Shown piece by piece: positions 44,624 to 54,311 of a DNA stretch of 64,000 nucleotides; the stretch's first letter is position 1, and every line of letters starts with the position of its first letter. Position numbers and translations under genes: made by a program. Below the pieces are notes generated by a model. The model did not search any database and was not told the origin of the DNA. It saw only the letters and a program-made list of their open reading frames with translations. Source of the DNA: Actinomycetota bacterium (lineage in GTDB: Bacteria; Actinomycetota; CALGFH01); contig DATLQA010000154.1 of NCBI GenBank assembly GCA_035535495.1, forward strand, positions 2,354 to 66,353. Reading direction: 5' to 3'.

Positions 44624-45594
44624 TGTCCAGCGCGACGCTGGCCGACCTGTCCGACACCCTGGTCTGGCTGGCGGTGCTCAGCTACGTGGTGGCCGCTCCG
44701 CTGCTCGGGCTGGAGCTCGCCTACCGGTCGCGGTGGGCGGGCCGTGCCGGGGTCGCGGTCGCCATCGCCGGGCTGGCCGCGAACCTCGGCGCGGCGCTCA
44801 CCCGAGGGCTGGCGGCCGGCCGGGTGCCGTGGGGCAACATGTACGAGTACTCGATGATGGTCGCCGCCGTGGTGGTGACCGGCTGGCTGGTCTGGGTCGC
44901 CAGGCGCCGCGAGGTGCGGCCGCTCGGCCTGTTCGTGCTCCTGCTGGCCGCGCTCGCCATCGCCGCCGCGGCGCTGACCCTGCGGGTGCCCGCCGGCCCG
45001 CTGGTGCCGGCGCTCAACTCCGGCTGGATCAAGGTGCACGTGGTCGCGGCCATCATCGGCACCGCGACGCTCAGCCTCTCCTCGGTGTTCAGCGCGCTGT
45101 ACCTGGTCGCGGAGCGGAACGAGCGGCGCGCGGCCCCGCGACCGCCGCTGGTGGCCGGCGGTGCCCGTACCGCCGACCGCGCCGAGGTGGACGAGGCGAT
45201 CGCCGGCTACGCGGTCGAGGAGCTGGAAGCCACCGAGGCAGCCGAGGCGCCGGCGACCGGCCGCCGCCTGAAGGACCTCCTGCCACCCGCCGCCAGGCTG
45301 GACGACCTGGCCTTCAGGACCACCGCCTTCGGCTTCCCGATCTGGACGTTCGCGATCATGGCGGGCGCCATCTGGGCGCAGTCGGCCTGGGGGCGGTACT
45401 GGGGCTGGGATCCAAAGGAGACCTGGTCGTTCATCACCTGGGTGGTGTACGCGGCCTACCTTCACGCCCGCGCCACCGCCGGCTGGCGCGGGCGCTCGGC
45501 GGCCTGGGTGAGCGTCCTCGGCCTGGTCGCCTTCGTGGTGAACTTCTACGTGGTCAACACCTGGGTGGTCGGCCTGCACTCCTACGCCAAGTAG
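44623..45594 (+). CDS. resC: Cytochrome c-type biogenesis protein ResC/CcsB (heme exporter CcsA family)
   Basis: WWD-type domain 'WAQSAWGRYWGWDPKETWSFITWVVYAAYLH'. ATG overlaps the resB TGA. Confidence 0.85.
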   Translation: MSSATLADLSDTLVWLAVLSYVVAAPLLGLELAYRSRWAGRAGVAVAIAGLAANLGAALTRGLAAGRVPWGNMYEYSMMVAAVVVTGWLVWVARRREVRPLGLFVLLLAALAIAAAALTLRVPAGPLVPALNSGWIKVHVVAAIIGTATLSLSSVFSALYLVAERNERRAAPRPPLVAGGARTADRAEVDEAIAGYAVEELEATEAAEAPATGRRLKDLLPPAARLDDLAFRTTAFGFPIWTFAIMAGAIWAQSAWGRYWGWDPKETWSFITWVVYAAYLHARATAGWRGRSAAWVSVLGLVAFVVNFYVVNTWVVGLHSYAK

Positions 45595-45716
45595 CGGACG
45601 ACTGCCCCGCAGGCAACGCGGCTCGGACGGGATGGCGGCGGCTCACTCTTGTGGTACCTGCCCCATCGACTGCCCCGCAGGCAACGCGACTCGGACGGGT
45701 CGGCGGGCGGCTCGCT
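45595..45716. repeat. Two imperfect direct repeats of ~50 bp each (core CGACTGCCCCGCAGGCAACGCGRCTCGGACGGG), 69 bp apart, immediately downstream of resC
   Basis: The 33/34 identical core is at 45598-45631 and 45667-45700. Each copy has flanking similarity (…GGCGGCGGCTCACTC / …GGCGGGCGGCTCGCTGC). Confidence 0.4.
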
Positions 45717-45746
45717 GCGGTGGTGCCGGTGGTGTCGGCCACAACG

Positions 45747-45780
45747 AGACGACCCCGGGCCTTCAGGCTCGGGGTCGTCT
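45747..45780. terminator. Perfect 11-bp stem hairpin (AGACGACCCCG-12 nt loop-CGGGGTCGTCT). Candidate bidirectional intrinsic terminator between convergent resC and the small minus-strand ORF.
   Basis: Stem 45747-45757 and 45770-45780. No U-tract on either side, which is common in high-GC actinobacteria. Confidence 0.4.
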
Positions 45781-45842
45781 GCTACCGGCGCGCGGTGCGC
45801 GCCGCCTCGGTCTCCCGCCGTCAGGCGGGGCCACGGGGATCA

Positions 45843-45992
45843 TCACGCGCTCCGCCGGCGGCCGCGGTCCCTTCCATGGGCGCGGCGCGCCCGGCGCGCC
45901 ATGCTCCGCACGGCAGCCGCACGCGCCTCGGCGCGCAGCTCCTCGAGGCGGGCGGCGGCAACGGCCGTCGACACGTCGAGCATGGGTACCAT
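45843..45992 (-). CDS. Small Arg-rich basic protein (49 aa), hypothetical
   Basis: ATG preceded by a strong GAGAGGAG Shine-Dalgarno 6 nt upstream. The peptide is MVPMLDVSTAVAAARLEELRAEARAAAVRSMARRARRAHGRDRGRRRSA. Upstream (46000-46110) is a distinctly lower-GC promoter-like island. Confidence 0.35.
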   Translation of the reverse strand: MVPMLDVSTAVAAARLEELRAEARAAAVRSMARRARRAHGRDRGRRRSA

Positions 45993-46321
45993 GCGTTACT
46001 CCTCTCAGCTGGCTCGAAGTTCATTAGGCAACTCGGCCATCGTAGTCGTGGTTCATCAGGCACAACGCCCAAAACCGGCAACGTTATTCCTCCGCAACCG
46101 GGCCGTGAGCCGACGAACTGGTGGGAACGGGCTGCTCGCCGCCGTACCCAGGGAGCGGCCGCCGGCGTCGACATGGTGGCGGCCGTCGCCCTACGATCTG
46201 GCTGCTGAGCCGTCCGGTCGTCTGGGTGCGTGGGGTGTGCGTGGGCAGGAAGCAGGGTGGTTCGTCCTCGACCGGCGGCAGGGCACCTGGCAAGGTGGTG
46301 CCCCTCAAAGAGGGGGCGGAG

Positions 46322-46777
46322 ATGGTCCGCTCCACCCTGGACGACACCGACCTCGCCATCCTGCGCGCGTTGCAGGCCAACGCGCGCGCCACCTACACCG
46401 AGATCGGCCGGGCGGTCGGGTTGTCGGCGCCCTCCGTCCACGACCGCGTGCAGCGCCTGGAGCAGCGCGGCGTGATCCGCGGCTACCGTGCCGAACTGGA
46501 TCCCGACTCGGTCGGGCTCACGGTGCTCTCGCTGGTGAGCGTCCTGCCGAGCGACAACGCCAACGCGGTCGGGATGGCGGAGGCCTTCGCCCGCATCGAC
46601 CACGTCGAGGCCGTCTACGCCGTGGCCGGCGAGGAGAGCCACGTCCTGGTGGTGCGCACCCGCTCCATGGCCGAGCTCTCCGAGGTCCTGCAGCGCCTCC
46701 GTGACGTCGACGGGGTCGCCCGCACCCGGACCGCGGTGGTGCTGTCAACCCCGTTCCAGCGCGGGCCGGTGCTGTAG
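46322..46777 (+). CDS. Lrp/AsnC-family transcriptional regulator
   Basis: 'LDDTDLAILRALQANARATYTEIGRAVGLSAPSVHDRVQRLEQRGVIRGY' HTH plus a C-terminal RAM domain. 151 aa. GAGGGGGCGGAG upstream. Confidence 0.85.
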   Translation: MVRSTLDDTDLAILRALQANARATYTEIGRAVGLSAPSVHDRVQRLEQRGVIRGYRAELDPDSVGLTVLSLVSVLPSDNANAVGMAEAFARIDHVEAVYAVAGEESHVLVVRTRSMAELSEVLQRLRDVDGVARTRTAVVLSTPFQRGPVL

Positions 46778-46954
46778 GCCGGCCCGGGCGCGCCGACCGT
46801 GGTTGGGACCCTCCGGGCTTTGATGGTCGCTCGGGGCCGGGGGACCGCCATCTACAATCGGCCCTTGTCACAGGACCGAGCGTTTGAATAAGGGAGGCGG
46901 CTCATCAGTATCGAGGCCGAGCCATCGCCGGCGGCCGAGCGCACCGCCGCCGGG

Positions 46955-47617
46955 GTGCGCCGCATGTTCGACCGCGTCGCGCCCCGCTACGACCTGGCCA
47001 ACACCGTCTTCTCGCTCGGCCAGGACCGTCTCTGGCGCCGCGCGGCGGCGCGGGCGACCGGCCTCGCGAACGGCGAGGCCGCCGTCGACGTGGCCTGCGG
47101 CACCGGCGCGCTGGCCGAGGAGCTGGCCGCGCTCGCCCCCGGCGCCCGCGTCCTCGGCCTGGACTTCTCCTGGGAGATGGTGCGCCGCGCCGGCGACGAT
47201 GCGGCCGGCCCGCGGTTCGGGGTGGCCGACGCGCTGCGGCTGCCGCTGGCGGACGCGTCGGTCGACGTGGTGACGATCGCCTTCGGCCTGCGCAACCTGC
47301 CCGAGCCGGCGCGGGGCCTGCTGGAGTTCCGCCGCGTGCTGCGCACCGGCGGCCGCCTGGTGGTGTGCGAGTTCTCCCACCCGACCGTGCCGGTGCTGCG
47401 CCAGGTCTACCGCCGCTACCTGACCCGGCTGATGCCGCTGGCGGCGCGCCGGCTCTCCTCCGACCCCGAGGCCTACGAGTACCTGGCCCGCTCCATCGGC
47501 GCCTGGCCGGACCAGGACGGCCTGGCCCGCTGGCTCGCCGACGCCGGCTTCGACCGGGTGCGCTGGCGCAACCTCAGCGGCGGCATCGTCGCCCTCCACT
47601 GGGGCGCCGCCGCCTGA
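46955..47617 (+). CDS. menG: Demethylmenaquinone methyltransferase (UbiE/MenG family). The true start is probably upstream of the first canonical start codon.
   Basis: 'MFDRVAPRYDLANTVFSLGQDRLWRR', SAM motif 'VDVACGTG' and 'ITIAFGLRNLPEP', collinear with M. tuberculosis MenH/Rv0558. A strong AAGGGAGG Shine-Dalgarno at 46889-46897 is followed by an open frame whose first canonical start is GTG 46955. Confidence 0.8.
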   Translation: MRRMFDRVAPRYDLANTVFSLGQDRLWRRAAARATGLANGEAAVDVACGTGALAEELAALAPGARVLGLDFSWEMVRRAGDDAAGPRFGVADALRLPLADASVDVVTIAFGLRNLPEPARGLLEFRRVLRTGGRLVVCEFSHPTVPVLRQVYRRYLTRLMPLAARRLSSDPEAYEYLARSIGAWPDQDGLARWLADAGFDRVRWRNLSGGIVALHWGAAA

Positions 47618-47716
47618 GCCGGCGCCGCTGACTCGGTGCCCTGGTCGGCATATGCTTCCGCCCGGATAGCGGCGGTTGCCTGCCGTCCGGACCCGGCCTA
47701 GACTCCTGGGCGGGAT

Positions 47717-47734
47717 TTGTGCTCGGATTCACAA
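47717..47734. promoter_or_regulatory. Candidate Rex operator immediately upstream of the menJ-like reductase gene
   Basis: TTGTGCTcggaTTCACAA against the consensus TTGTGAAnnnnTTCACAA (half-site 1 matches 5/7, half-site 2 matches 7/7). 20 bp upstream of TTG start 47754. Confidence 0.4.
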
Positions 47735-47753
47735 AGTCACGCGAGAGGCCAGG

Positions 47754-48986
47754 TTGACCAGCGAGTACGACGCGATCGTGGTCGGCGGGGGACCCGGCGG
47801 CGCGGCCGCCGCGTACCACTTCGTCCAGGGCGGGGCCCGCGTCCTGCTGGTCGAGCGGTCCGCCTACCCGCGCGAGAAGGTCTGCGGCGACGGCCTCACC
47901 CCGCGCGCCGTGGCCGCGCTCGACGCCATGGGCCTGCGCGACACCTACCGCGAGTGGTCCCGCAGCGCCGGGCTGAAGATCCACGGTGGCGGGGTGGTGA
48001 TCGAGCTGCCCTGGCCGGAGCTGACCGACTTCCCCTCCTACGGGCTGGCGCGGCCCCGCACCGACTTCGACCAGCTGCTGGCCCGCCACGCCGAGAAGGC
48101 AGGGGCCACCGTCTGGGAGCGCACCGACGCGGTCGGCCCGCTGCTCGAAGGCGGCCTGGTCCGCGGCGTGATCGTGCAGCGCGAGGGGGAGGACCCGGTC
48201 GACCTCAGGGCCGAGGTGGTGGTGGCGGCCGACGGCGCCTCCAGCCGCATCGCCCAGGCCCTCGGACTCCACCGCGACGAGGAGCGCCCCATCGGGGTGG
48301 CGGTGCGCCAGTACGTCACCAGCGACCGTGACCGCGACCCGTGGCTCGACTCCTACCTCGAGCTGCGGCGCGGCGACGAGCTGCTGCCCGGCTACGGCTG
48401 GGTGTTCCCGCTGGCCGACGGCACCCTCAACGTGGGACTCGGGCTGCTCAACACGTCCAAGCACTTCCGCAACGTCAACTACCGCCGGCTGCTGGCGGAT
48501 TGGCTGCCGACGGTCGGGCGGGAGTGGGGCTTCACCCCGGCCGACGCGATCTCCAAGCCGCGCTCGGCGCCGCTGCCGATGGCGGCCAGCCGCCACCCGC
48601 CGGTGCACCGAGGGGTGCTGTTCGTCGGGGACGCGGCCGGGCTGATCAACCCGTTCAACGGCGAGGGCATCGACTACGCCATGGAGAGCGGCCAGCTCGC
48701 CGCGGAGGCGGGGCTGGCCGTGCTGGAGAGCGGCGACCGGACCCTGCTCAACCGCTACCGCGCCGCGGTCGAGTCGCGCTTCGGCGCCTACTTCGCGGTG
48801 GGCCGCACCTTCGTGCGGGCGATCGGCGACCCCAGGGTGATGAAGCTGGCCGCCAACTACGGGCTGCGCCGCCCCACCCTCATGAAGACGGCGTTGAAGC
48901 TCCTCGGCAACCTCTACGAGCCCCGCGGCGGGGACGCGCACGACCGTCTGGTGAAGGCGCTGGTGCGCATGGCGCCGGCGAGGTGA
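47754..48986 (+). CDS. Geranylgeranyl reductase-family FAD-dependent oxidoreductase (menaquinone reductase MenJ-like)
   Basis: FAD motif 'YDAIVVGGGPGGAAAAY', 'REKVCGDGLTPRA' and 'VLFVGDAAGLINPFNGEGIDYAMESG'. TTG start with a GAGAGG Shine-Dalgarno. It neighbours menG, as menJ does in mycobacteria. Confidence 0.75.
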   Translation: MTSEYDAIVVGGGPGGAAAAYHFVQGGARVLLVERSAYPREKVCGDGLTPRAVAALDAMGLRDTYREWSRSAGLKIHGGGVVIELPWPELTDFPSYGLARPRTDFDQLLARHAEKAGATVWERTDAVGPLLEGGLVRGVIVQREGEDPVDLRAEVVVAADGASSRIAQALGLHRDEERPIGVAVRQYVTSDRDRDPWLDSYLELRRGDELLPGYGWVFPLADGTLNVGLGLLNTSKHFRNVNYRRLLADWLPTVGREWGFTPADAISKPRSAPLPMAASRHPPVHRGVLFVGDAAGLINPFNGEGIDYAMESGQLAAEAGLAVLESGDRTLLNRYRAAVESRFGAYFAVGRTFVRAIGDPRVMKLAANYGLRRPTLMKTALKLLGNLYEPRGGDAHDRLVKALVRMAPAR

Positions 48987-49137
48987 GCGGCGTGATGGCC
49001 GGAGTTTGCGCATGCCGAGGCGGGGCACCTAGTCTGGCGCGGCCGCGTCTGGCGCCGCCGCCCCAACCCCGTCCTGGTAGAACCCGCGGCAGACCTCGGC
49101 CCTTACGGCGCACCGCCACCCTGGTTGGAGGCCGCCA

Positions 49138-49499
49138 GTGAGCCTCGGCTCGTTCGCCCCGATCCTGATCATGCTGACGCTGGCCACGGCGTTCGCGGTA
49201 CTGTCGATCCTGGTCTCGGCGTTCCTGGCGCCGCACCGGCCGACCAGAGCCAAGTACGCGCCCTACGAGTCCGGCATCGAGCCTGGCCGGCTCCCGAAGG
49301 GCGAGCGCTACCCGGTCAAGTTCTACCTGACCGCGATGCTGTTCGTGGTCTTCGACGTGGAGGTCATCTTCCTGTATCCGTGGGCGGTGGTGTTCCGCCA
49401 GCTCGCCCTGTTCGGACTGGTCGAGATGGCCATCTTCATCGGCCTGATCGGCATCGCCTACGTCTACGACTGGAAGCGCGGCGGATTGGAGTGGGACTA

Positions 49500-49500
<1 letters not shown>
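49138..49500 (+). CDS. nuoA: NADH-quinone oxidoreductase subunit A
   Basis: 120 aa with 3 TM and 'YESGIEP…[15 protein letters not shown]'. GTG start. Confidence 0.9.
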
Positions 49501-50024
<524 letters not shown>

Positions 50025-50028
50025 GCCG

Positions 50029-50586
50029 GTGCCCCCCGAGACCACCCAACCTCCCGACCTCATCCAGCCCGTCCTCACCGGGCTGCGGGAGCGCTTCGGC
50101 GAGGCCGTCCGCGAGGTCAGCGGCCACCGCGGCGAGGTCACCATCGAGCTGGCCACCGCCCACCTGGTCGAGGTGGCGACCTGGCTCCGCGACGACCCCT
50201 CGGCCGCGTTCACCCACCTCTCCGACCTGTCGGGCACCGACTACCCGGAGCGGCCGGACCGGCTCTGCGTCGACTACCACCTCTACTCGCGCGAGCACAA
50301 CGTCCGGCTGCGGCTCAAGGTCCGCGTGACCGTCTCCGACCCGCACGTCCCGACCGTCACCGGCGTCTGGCCGACCGCCAACTGGCACGAGCGCGAGGTC
50401 TACGACTTCTTCGGGGTGCGCTTCGACGGCCACCCGAACCTGGTCCGCATCCTCATGCCCGAGGACTGGAAGGGCTACCCGCAGCGCAAGGACTACCCGC
50501 TCGGCGGCGTCGACGTCGACTACATCGACGCCCACGTGCCCCCACCGGACCAGCGCCGCTACCGAGGGGGGTGGACGAGCACATGA
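50029..50586 (+). CDS. nuoC: NADH-quinone oxidoreductase subunit C
   Basis: '[26 protein letters not shown]'. 185 aa. Confidence 0.85.
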   Translation: MPPETTQPPDLIQPVLTGLRERFGEAVREVSGHRGEVTIELATAHLVEVATWLRDDPSAAFTHLSDLSGTDYPERPDRLCVDYHLYSREHNVRLRLKVRVTVSDPHVPTVTGVWPTANWHEREVYDFFGVRFDGHPNLVRILMPEDWKGYPQRKDYPLGGVDVDYIDAHVPPPDQRRYRGGWTST

Positions 50587-52001
50587 GCGAGGTAGCTCCC
50601 GAGCGCGACCGGGCGACCCAGAGCCAGCTCGTCCAGGAGGCCGTCGTCCCGCCCGGCGAGGCCCACGACCTGCCGGCACCGTCGGCGGCCGAGCGCGTCA
50701 CCGTCAACGAGCGGCGCGCCCAGCAGGTCCTGGCCATGGGCGGCGGCGACTGGGCCGAGGTCAGCGCCCGCGCCCACGCCGAGGGCGACGACGACGTCAT
50801 GGTCATCAACATGGGCCCGCAGCACCCCTCCACCCACGGCGTGCTGCGGCTGGTGGTCGAGCTCCGCGGCGAGGAGGTGATCTCCTGCCAGCCGGTCATC
50901 GGCTACCTGCACACCGGCATCGAGAAGTCGATCGAGTACCGCACCTGGGTCCAGGGCGTCACCTTCGTGACGCGGATGGACTACCTCGCCCCGATCTTCA
51001 ACGAGACGGCCTACTGCCTGGCGGTGGAGAAGCTGCTCGGCATCGAGGCGCCGCCACGCGCCCAGGCGCTGCGGGTGCTGATGATGGAGCTCAACCGGGT
51101 GTCCTCCCACCTCGTCTGGCTGGCCACCACCGGGCTGGAGCTGGGCGCCCTCTCGGTGATGCTGTACGGCTTCCGCGAGCGCGAGGAGATCCTCGACATC
51201 CTGGAAGAGGTCACCGGGCTGCGAATGAACCACGCCTGGGTGCGGCCCGCCGGCGTCTCCCAGGACCTGCCCGACGGCACCGAGGAGCGGGTGCGCAGCT
51301 TCGTCGACGACATGCGCGGCAAGATCGACGAGTACGAGACGCTGCTGACCAACAACCCCATCTGGCTGGAGCGCACCCGCGGCATCGGCGTCCTCTCCTC
51401 CGAGCAGCTGGTCGGCCTCGGCGTCACCGGCCCGATGCTGCGGGCCGGCGGGATCGCCCACGACCTCCGCAAGGCGGAGCCGTACTGCGGCTACGAGCAG
51501 TACGACTTCGAGGTGCCGACCTTCACCGAGTCCGACGTCTACGCCCGCTACCAGGTGCGGATCGCCGAGATGCGGGAGAGCCTGAAGATCATCGAGCAGG
51601 TGCTCGACGCCATGCCGTCCGGCCCGGTGATGCACCCTGACCCCAAGATCGGCTGGCCGGCCCGGCTCGCCCTCGGCCCCGACGGGCTCGGCAACTCGCC
51701 CGCCCACGTCCAGCACATCATTGGCGAGTCGATGGAGGCGCTGATCCACCACTTCAAGATGGTCACCGAGGGGATCAAGGTGCCAGCCGGCGAGGTCTAC
51801 GTGACCGTGGAGTCGCCCCGCGGCGAGCTCGGCTACCACGTGGTCTCCGACGGCGGCAACCTCCCCTACCGCGTGCACGTCCGCGACCCGTCGTTCGTCA
51901 ACCTGCAGACCGTCCCGGTGATGATGAACGGCTTGCTGGTGGCCGACGTCATCGCCGCCCTCTCCTCGACCGACCCGGTGCTGGGCGGCGTGGACCGCTG
52001 A
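50583..52001 (+). CDS. nuoD: NADH-quinone oxidoreductase subunit D
   Basis: '[22 protein letters not shown]' and '[13 protein letters not shown]'. ATGA overlap with nuoC. Confidence 0.9.
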   Translation: MSEVAPERDRATQSQLVQEAVVPPGEAHDLPAPSAAERVTVNERRAQQVLAMGGGDWAEVSARAHAEGDDDVMVINMGPQHPSTHGVLRLVVELRGEEVISCQPVIGYLHTGIEKSIEYRTWVQGVTFVTRMDYLAPIFNETAYCLAVEKLLGIEAPPRAQALRVLMMELNRVSSHLVWLATTGLELGALSVMLYGFREREEILDILEEVTGLRMNHAWVRPAGVSQDLPDGTEERVRSFVDDMRGKIDEYETLLTNNPIWLERTRGIGVLSSEQLVGLGVTGPMLRAGGIAHDLRKAEPYCGYEQYDFEVPTFTESDVYARYQVRIAEMRESLKIIEQVLDAMPSGPVMHPDPKIGWPARLALGPDGLGNSPAHVQHIIGESMEALIHHFKMVTEGIKVPAGEVYVTVESPRGELGYHVVSDGGNLPYRVHVRDPSFVNLQTVPVMMNGLLVADVIAALSSTDPVLGGVDR

Positions 52002-52034
52002 TCTTCAGCCGATGACAAGGAGACCCCCGCCGCC

Positions 52035-52970
52035 GTGCCGCTGACCGAACCGACCTTGGCCCGCGTCGAGGAGCTGATCGCCCGCTACCCCCAGCGGCGC
52101 TCGGTCCTGCTGCCGCTGCTGTTCCTGATCCAGGCCGAGGACGGTTACGTCTCCCCTGCCGGGGTCGCCCAGGTCGCCGAGCTGCTCGGCCTGACCAAGG
52201 CCGAGGTGGGGGCGGTGGCCACCTTCTACACCATGTTCCGGCGCCGCCCGGTCGGCCGCTACCTGGTGTCGGTCTGCCGCACGCTCTCCTGCGAGCTGCG
52301 CGGCTCGCGCGAGATCGCCGCCGCGGTCGCCGAGCGCCTCGACGTGCCGCTCGGCGGCACCGACGCCACCGGCATGGTCACCGTCGAGGAGGTGGAGTGC
52401 CTGGCCGCCTGCGACGGCGCCCCGGTGTTGCAGGTCAACACCGAGAACTACGAGCGCATCACCCGCGAGCAGGCGCTGGAGCTGGTCGAGCGCCTGCTCG
52501 CCGGCGAGCTGCCGCCGCCGACCCTGGCCGGCGACGGCGCCGTCACCGAGCCGTCCACCGCCGCGCTGCACTGGCGCCTGGCCGGCCTCGGCGAGCCGCC
52601 GCCGGAGCTGGCGGGCCGCAAGCCGGACGAGGTCACCGAGGTACCGGCCGCCTTCCCGGCGCAGCCCCCGGCGCCCAGCCTCACCGAGGACCCGACCACG
52701 AGGCCAGTTGAAGAGCTACGCACCGGCGTCGACCACGGCGGCACCACCCCGGAGGCCGGCGAGGCCGAGCCGCCGAGCGCTCCCAAGCCCGGCGAGGATG
52801 GCGAGCCCGCGCCGGTGGACGCCGGGCGCCACGCCGCCGGCCAGGACCCCAAGGGCCGCGAGGCGGAGGCACCCCAGCCGGAGAGCGCCGAGCCGGACCA
52901 GGCCATGGACGAAGCGGCCGAGCAGGCAGGGCCCCACCAGCGGGAGCAGCCGGGAGGGGAGGCGCAGTGA
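52035..52970 (+). CDS. nuoE: NADH-quinone oxidoreductase subunit E with an acidic/Pro-rich C-terminal extension of ~150 aa
   Basis: 2Fe-2S cysteines 'SVCRTLSCEL' and 'VECLAACDGAP'. The extension runs from ~aa 165: 'PPPTLAGDGAVTEPS…EPPSAPKPGEDGEPAPVDA…'. Confidence 0.85.
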   Translation: MPLTEPTLARVEELIARYPQRRSVLLPLLFLIQAEDGYVSPAGVAQVAELLGLTKAEVGAVATFYTMFRRRPVGRYLVSVCRTLSCELRGSREIAAAVAERLDVPLGGTDATGMVTVEEVECLAACDGAPVLQVNTENYERITREQALELVERLLAGELPPPTLAGDGAVTEPSTAALHWRLAGLGEPPPELAGRKPDEVTEVPAAFPAQPPAPSLTEDPTTRPVEELRTGVDHGGTTPEAGEAEPPSAPKPGEDGEPAPVDAGRHAAGQDPKGREAEAPQPESAEPDQAMDEAAEQAGPHQREQPGGEAQ

Positions 52971-54265
52971 CCAGCCAGGTCCAGGTGCTCACCAGCCGCT
53001 GGCAGGACGGTCAGGCCCACCAGCTCGACCGCTACCAGGAGCTGGACGGCTACGCCAGCCTCGAGGTCGCCTTCGCGGAGAGCCCGGCCGACCTGGTCCA
53101 GATCGTCAAGGACTCCGGCCTGCGCGGCCGCGGCGGGGCTGGCTTCCCCACCGGGATGAAGTGGGGCTTCCTGGCCAAGGGCACCGGCAAGCCGACCTAC
53201 CTGGTGGTCAACGCCGACGAGAGCGAGCCGGGCACCTTCAAGGACATGGAGCTGCTGGAGCGCGACCCGCACGCCCTGGTCGAGGGCGTGATCGTCTCCG
53301 CCTACGCGATCGGCTGCAGCACCGCGTTCATCTACCTCCGCGGCGAGTGCGGCTTCGCCGGCCGCCGCCTCGCCGCCGCCATCGGCGACGCCTACGAGCG
53401 CGGGCTGCTCGGCCGCGACGTCAAGGGCTCCGGTTTCGACCTGGAGGTGGTGCTCCACCGCGGCGCCGGCGCCTACATCTGCGGCGAGGAGACCGCGCTG
53501 CTCTCCTCCCTGGAGGGGGAGCGCGGCCAGCCGAAGCTGCGGCCGCCCTTCCCCGCCGTCGAAGGCCTCTACCGGGCGCCGACCACCGTCAACAACGTGG
53601 AGACGATCGCCTCCGTCCCCTGGATCCTCCGCAAGGGCGTTGACTGGTTCCGGTCGATGGGCTCGGAGCGCTCGCCCGGGCCGAAGCTGTTCAGCGTCTC
53701 CGGCGACGTGCGCAACCCTGGCAACTTCGAGTTCCCGCTCGGCGTGCCGGCCCGCGAGGTGATCATGGAAGCGGCCGGCGGCATGCTGGAGGGCAAGGAG
53801 CTCAAGGCATGGACCCCCGGCGGCTCCTCCACCCCGATGCTCACCGCCGACCACCTCGACGTCGCCATGGACTTCGAAGGCATCCAGGCCGCCGGCAGCC
53901 TGCTCGGCACCGCCGCGGTGATCGTCATGTCCACCGACGTCTGCATCGTCCGCGCCTGCCTCAACTTCACCGAGTTCTACGCGCACGAGTCCTGCGGCAA
54001 GTGCACGCCCTGCCGTGAGGGCACCGACTGGATGCGCAAGATCCTCACCCGCCTGGAGCGCGGGCAGGGCCGCGAGGAGGACCTCGACACGCTGCAGGAC
54101 ATCTGCGACGGGATCTTCGGCCGCTCCTTCTGCGCCCTCGGCGACGGCGCCACCAGCCCGATCGTCTCGGGCCTGAAGTACTTCCGCGACGAGTTCAGCC
54201 AGCACGTCCGCGACCACGGCTGCCCCTTCCAGGCCAGCCCGGTGGTGGTGGGCGCCGACCACTAG
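52967..54265 (+). CDS. nuoF: NADH-quinone oxidoreductase subunit F
   Basis: FMN/NADH motifs 'GRGGAGFPTGMKW' and 'NADESEPGTFKD', and the 4Fe-4S 'ESCGKCTPCREG'. GTGA overlap with nuoE. Confidence 0.9.
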   Translation: MTSQVQVLTSRWQDGQAHQLDRYQELDGYASLEVAFAESPADLVQIVKDSGLRGRGGAGFPTGMKWGFLAKGTGKPTYLVVNADESEPGTFKDMELLERDPHALVEGVIVSAYAIGCSTAFIYLRGECGFAGRRLAAAIGDAYERGLLGRDVKGSGFDLEVVLHRGAGAYICGEETALLSSLEGERGQPKLRPPFPAVEGLYRAPTTVNNVETIASVPWILRKGVDWFRSMGSERSPGPKLFSVSGDVRNPGNFEFPLGVPAREVIMEAAGGMLEGKELKAWTPGGSSTPMLTADHLDVAMDFEGIQAAGSLLGTAAVIVMSTDVCIVRACLNFTEFYAHESCGKCTPCREGTDWMRKILTRLERGQGREEDLDTLQDICDGIFGRSFCALGDGATSPIVSGLKYFRDEFSQHVRDHGCPFQASPVVVGADH

Positions 54266-54311
54266 CCAGCGCCGGACGGGCCGGGGAACCCCGGTCCGAG
54301 GAGACAGGTCC

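Noticed and set aside
45595-45716. Possible CRISPR array
   Set aside because: There are only two repeat copies, the spacer is only ~19 bp between ~50-bp repeats, and no cas genes are nearby. It is reported as a generic direct repeat instead.
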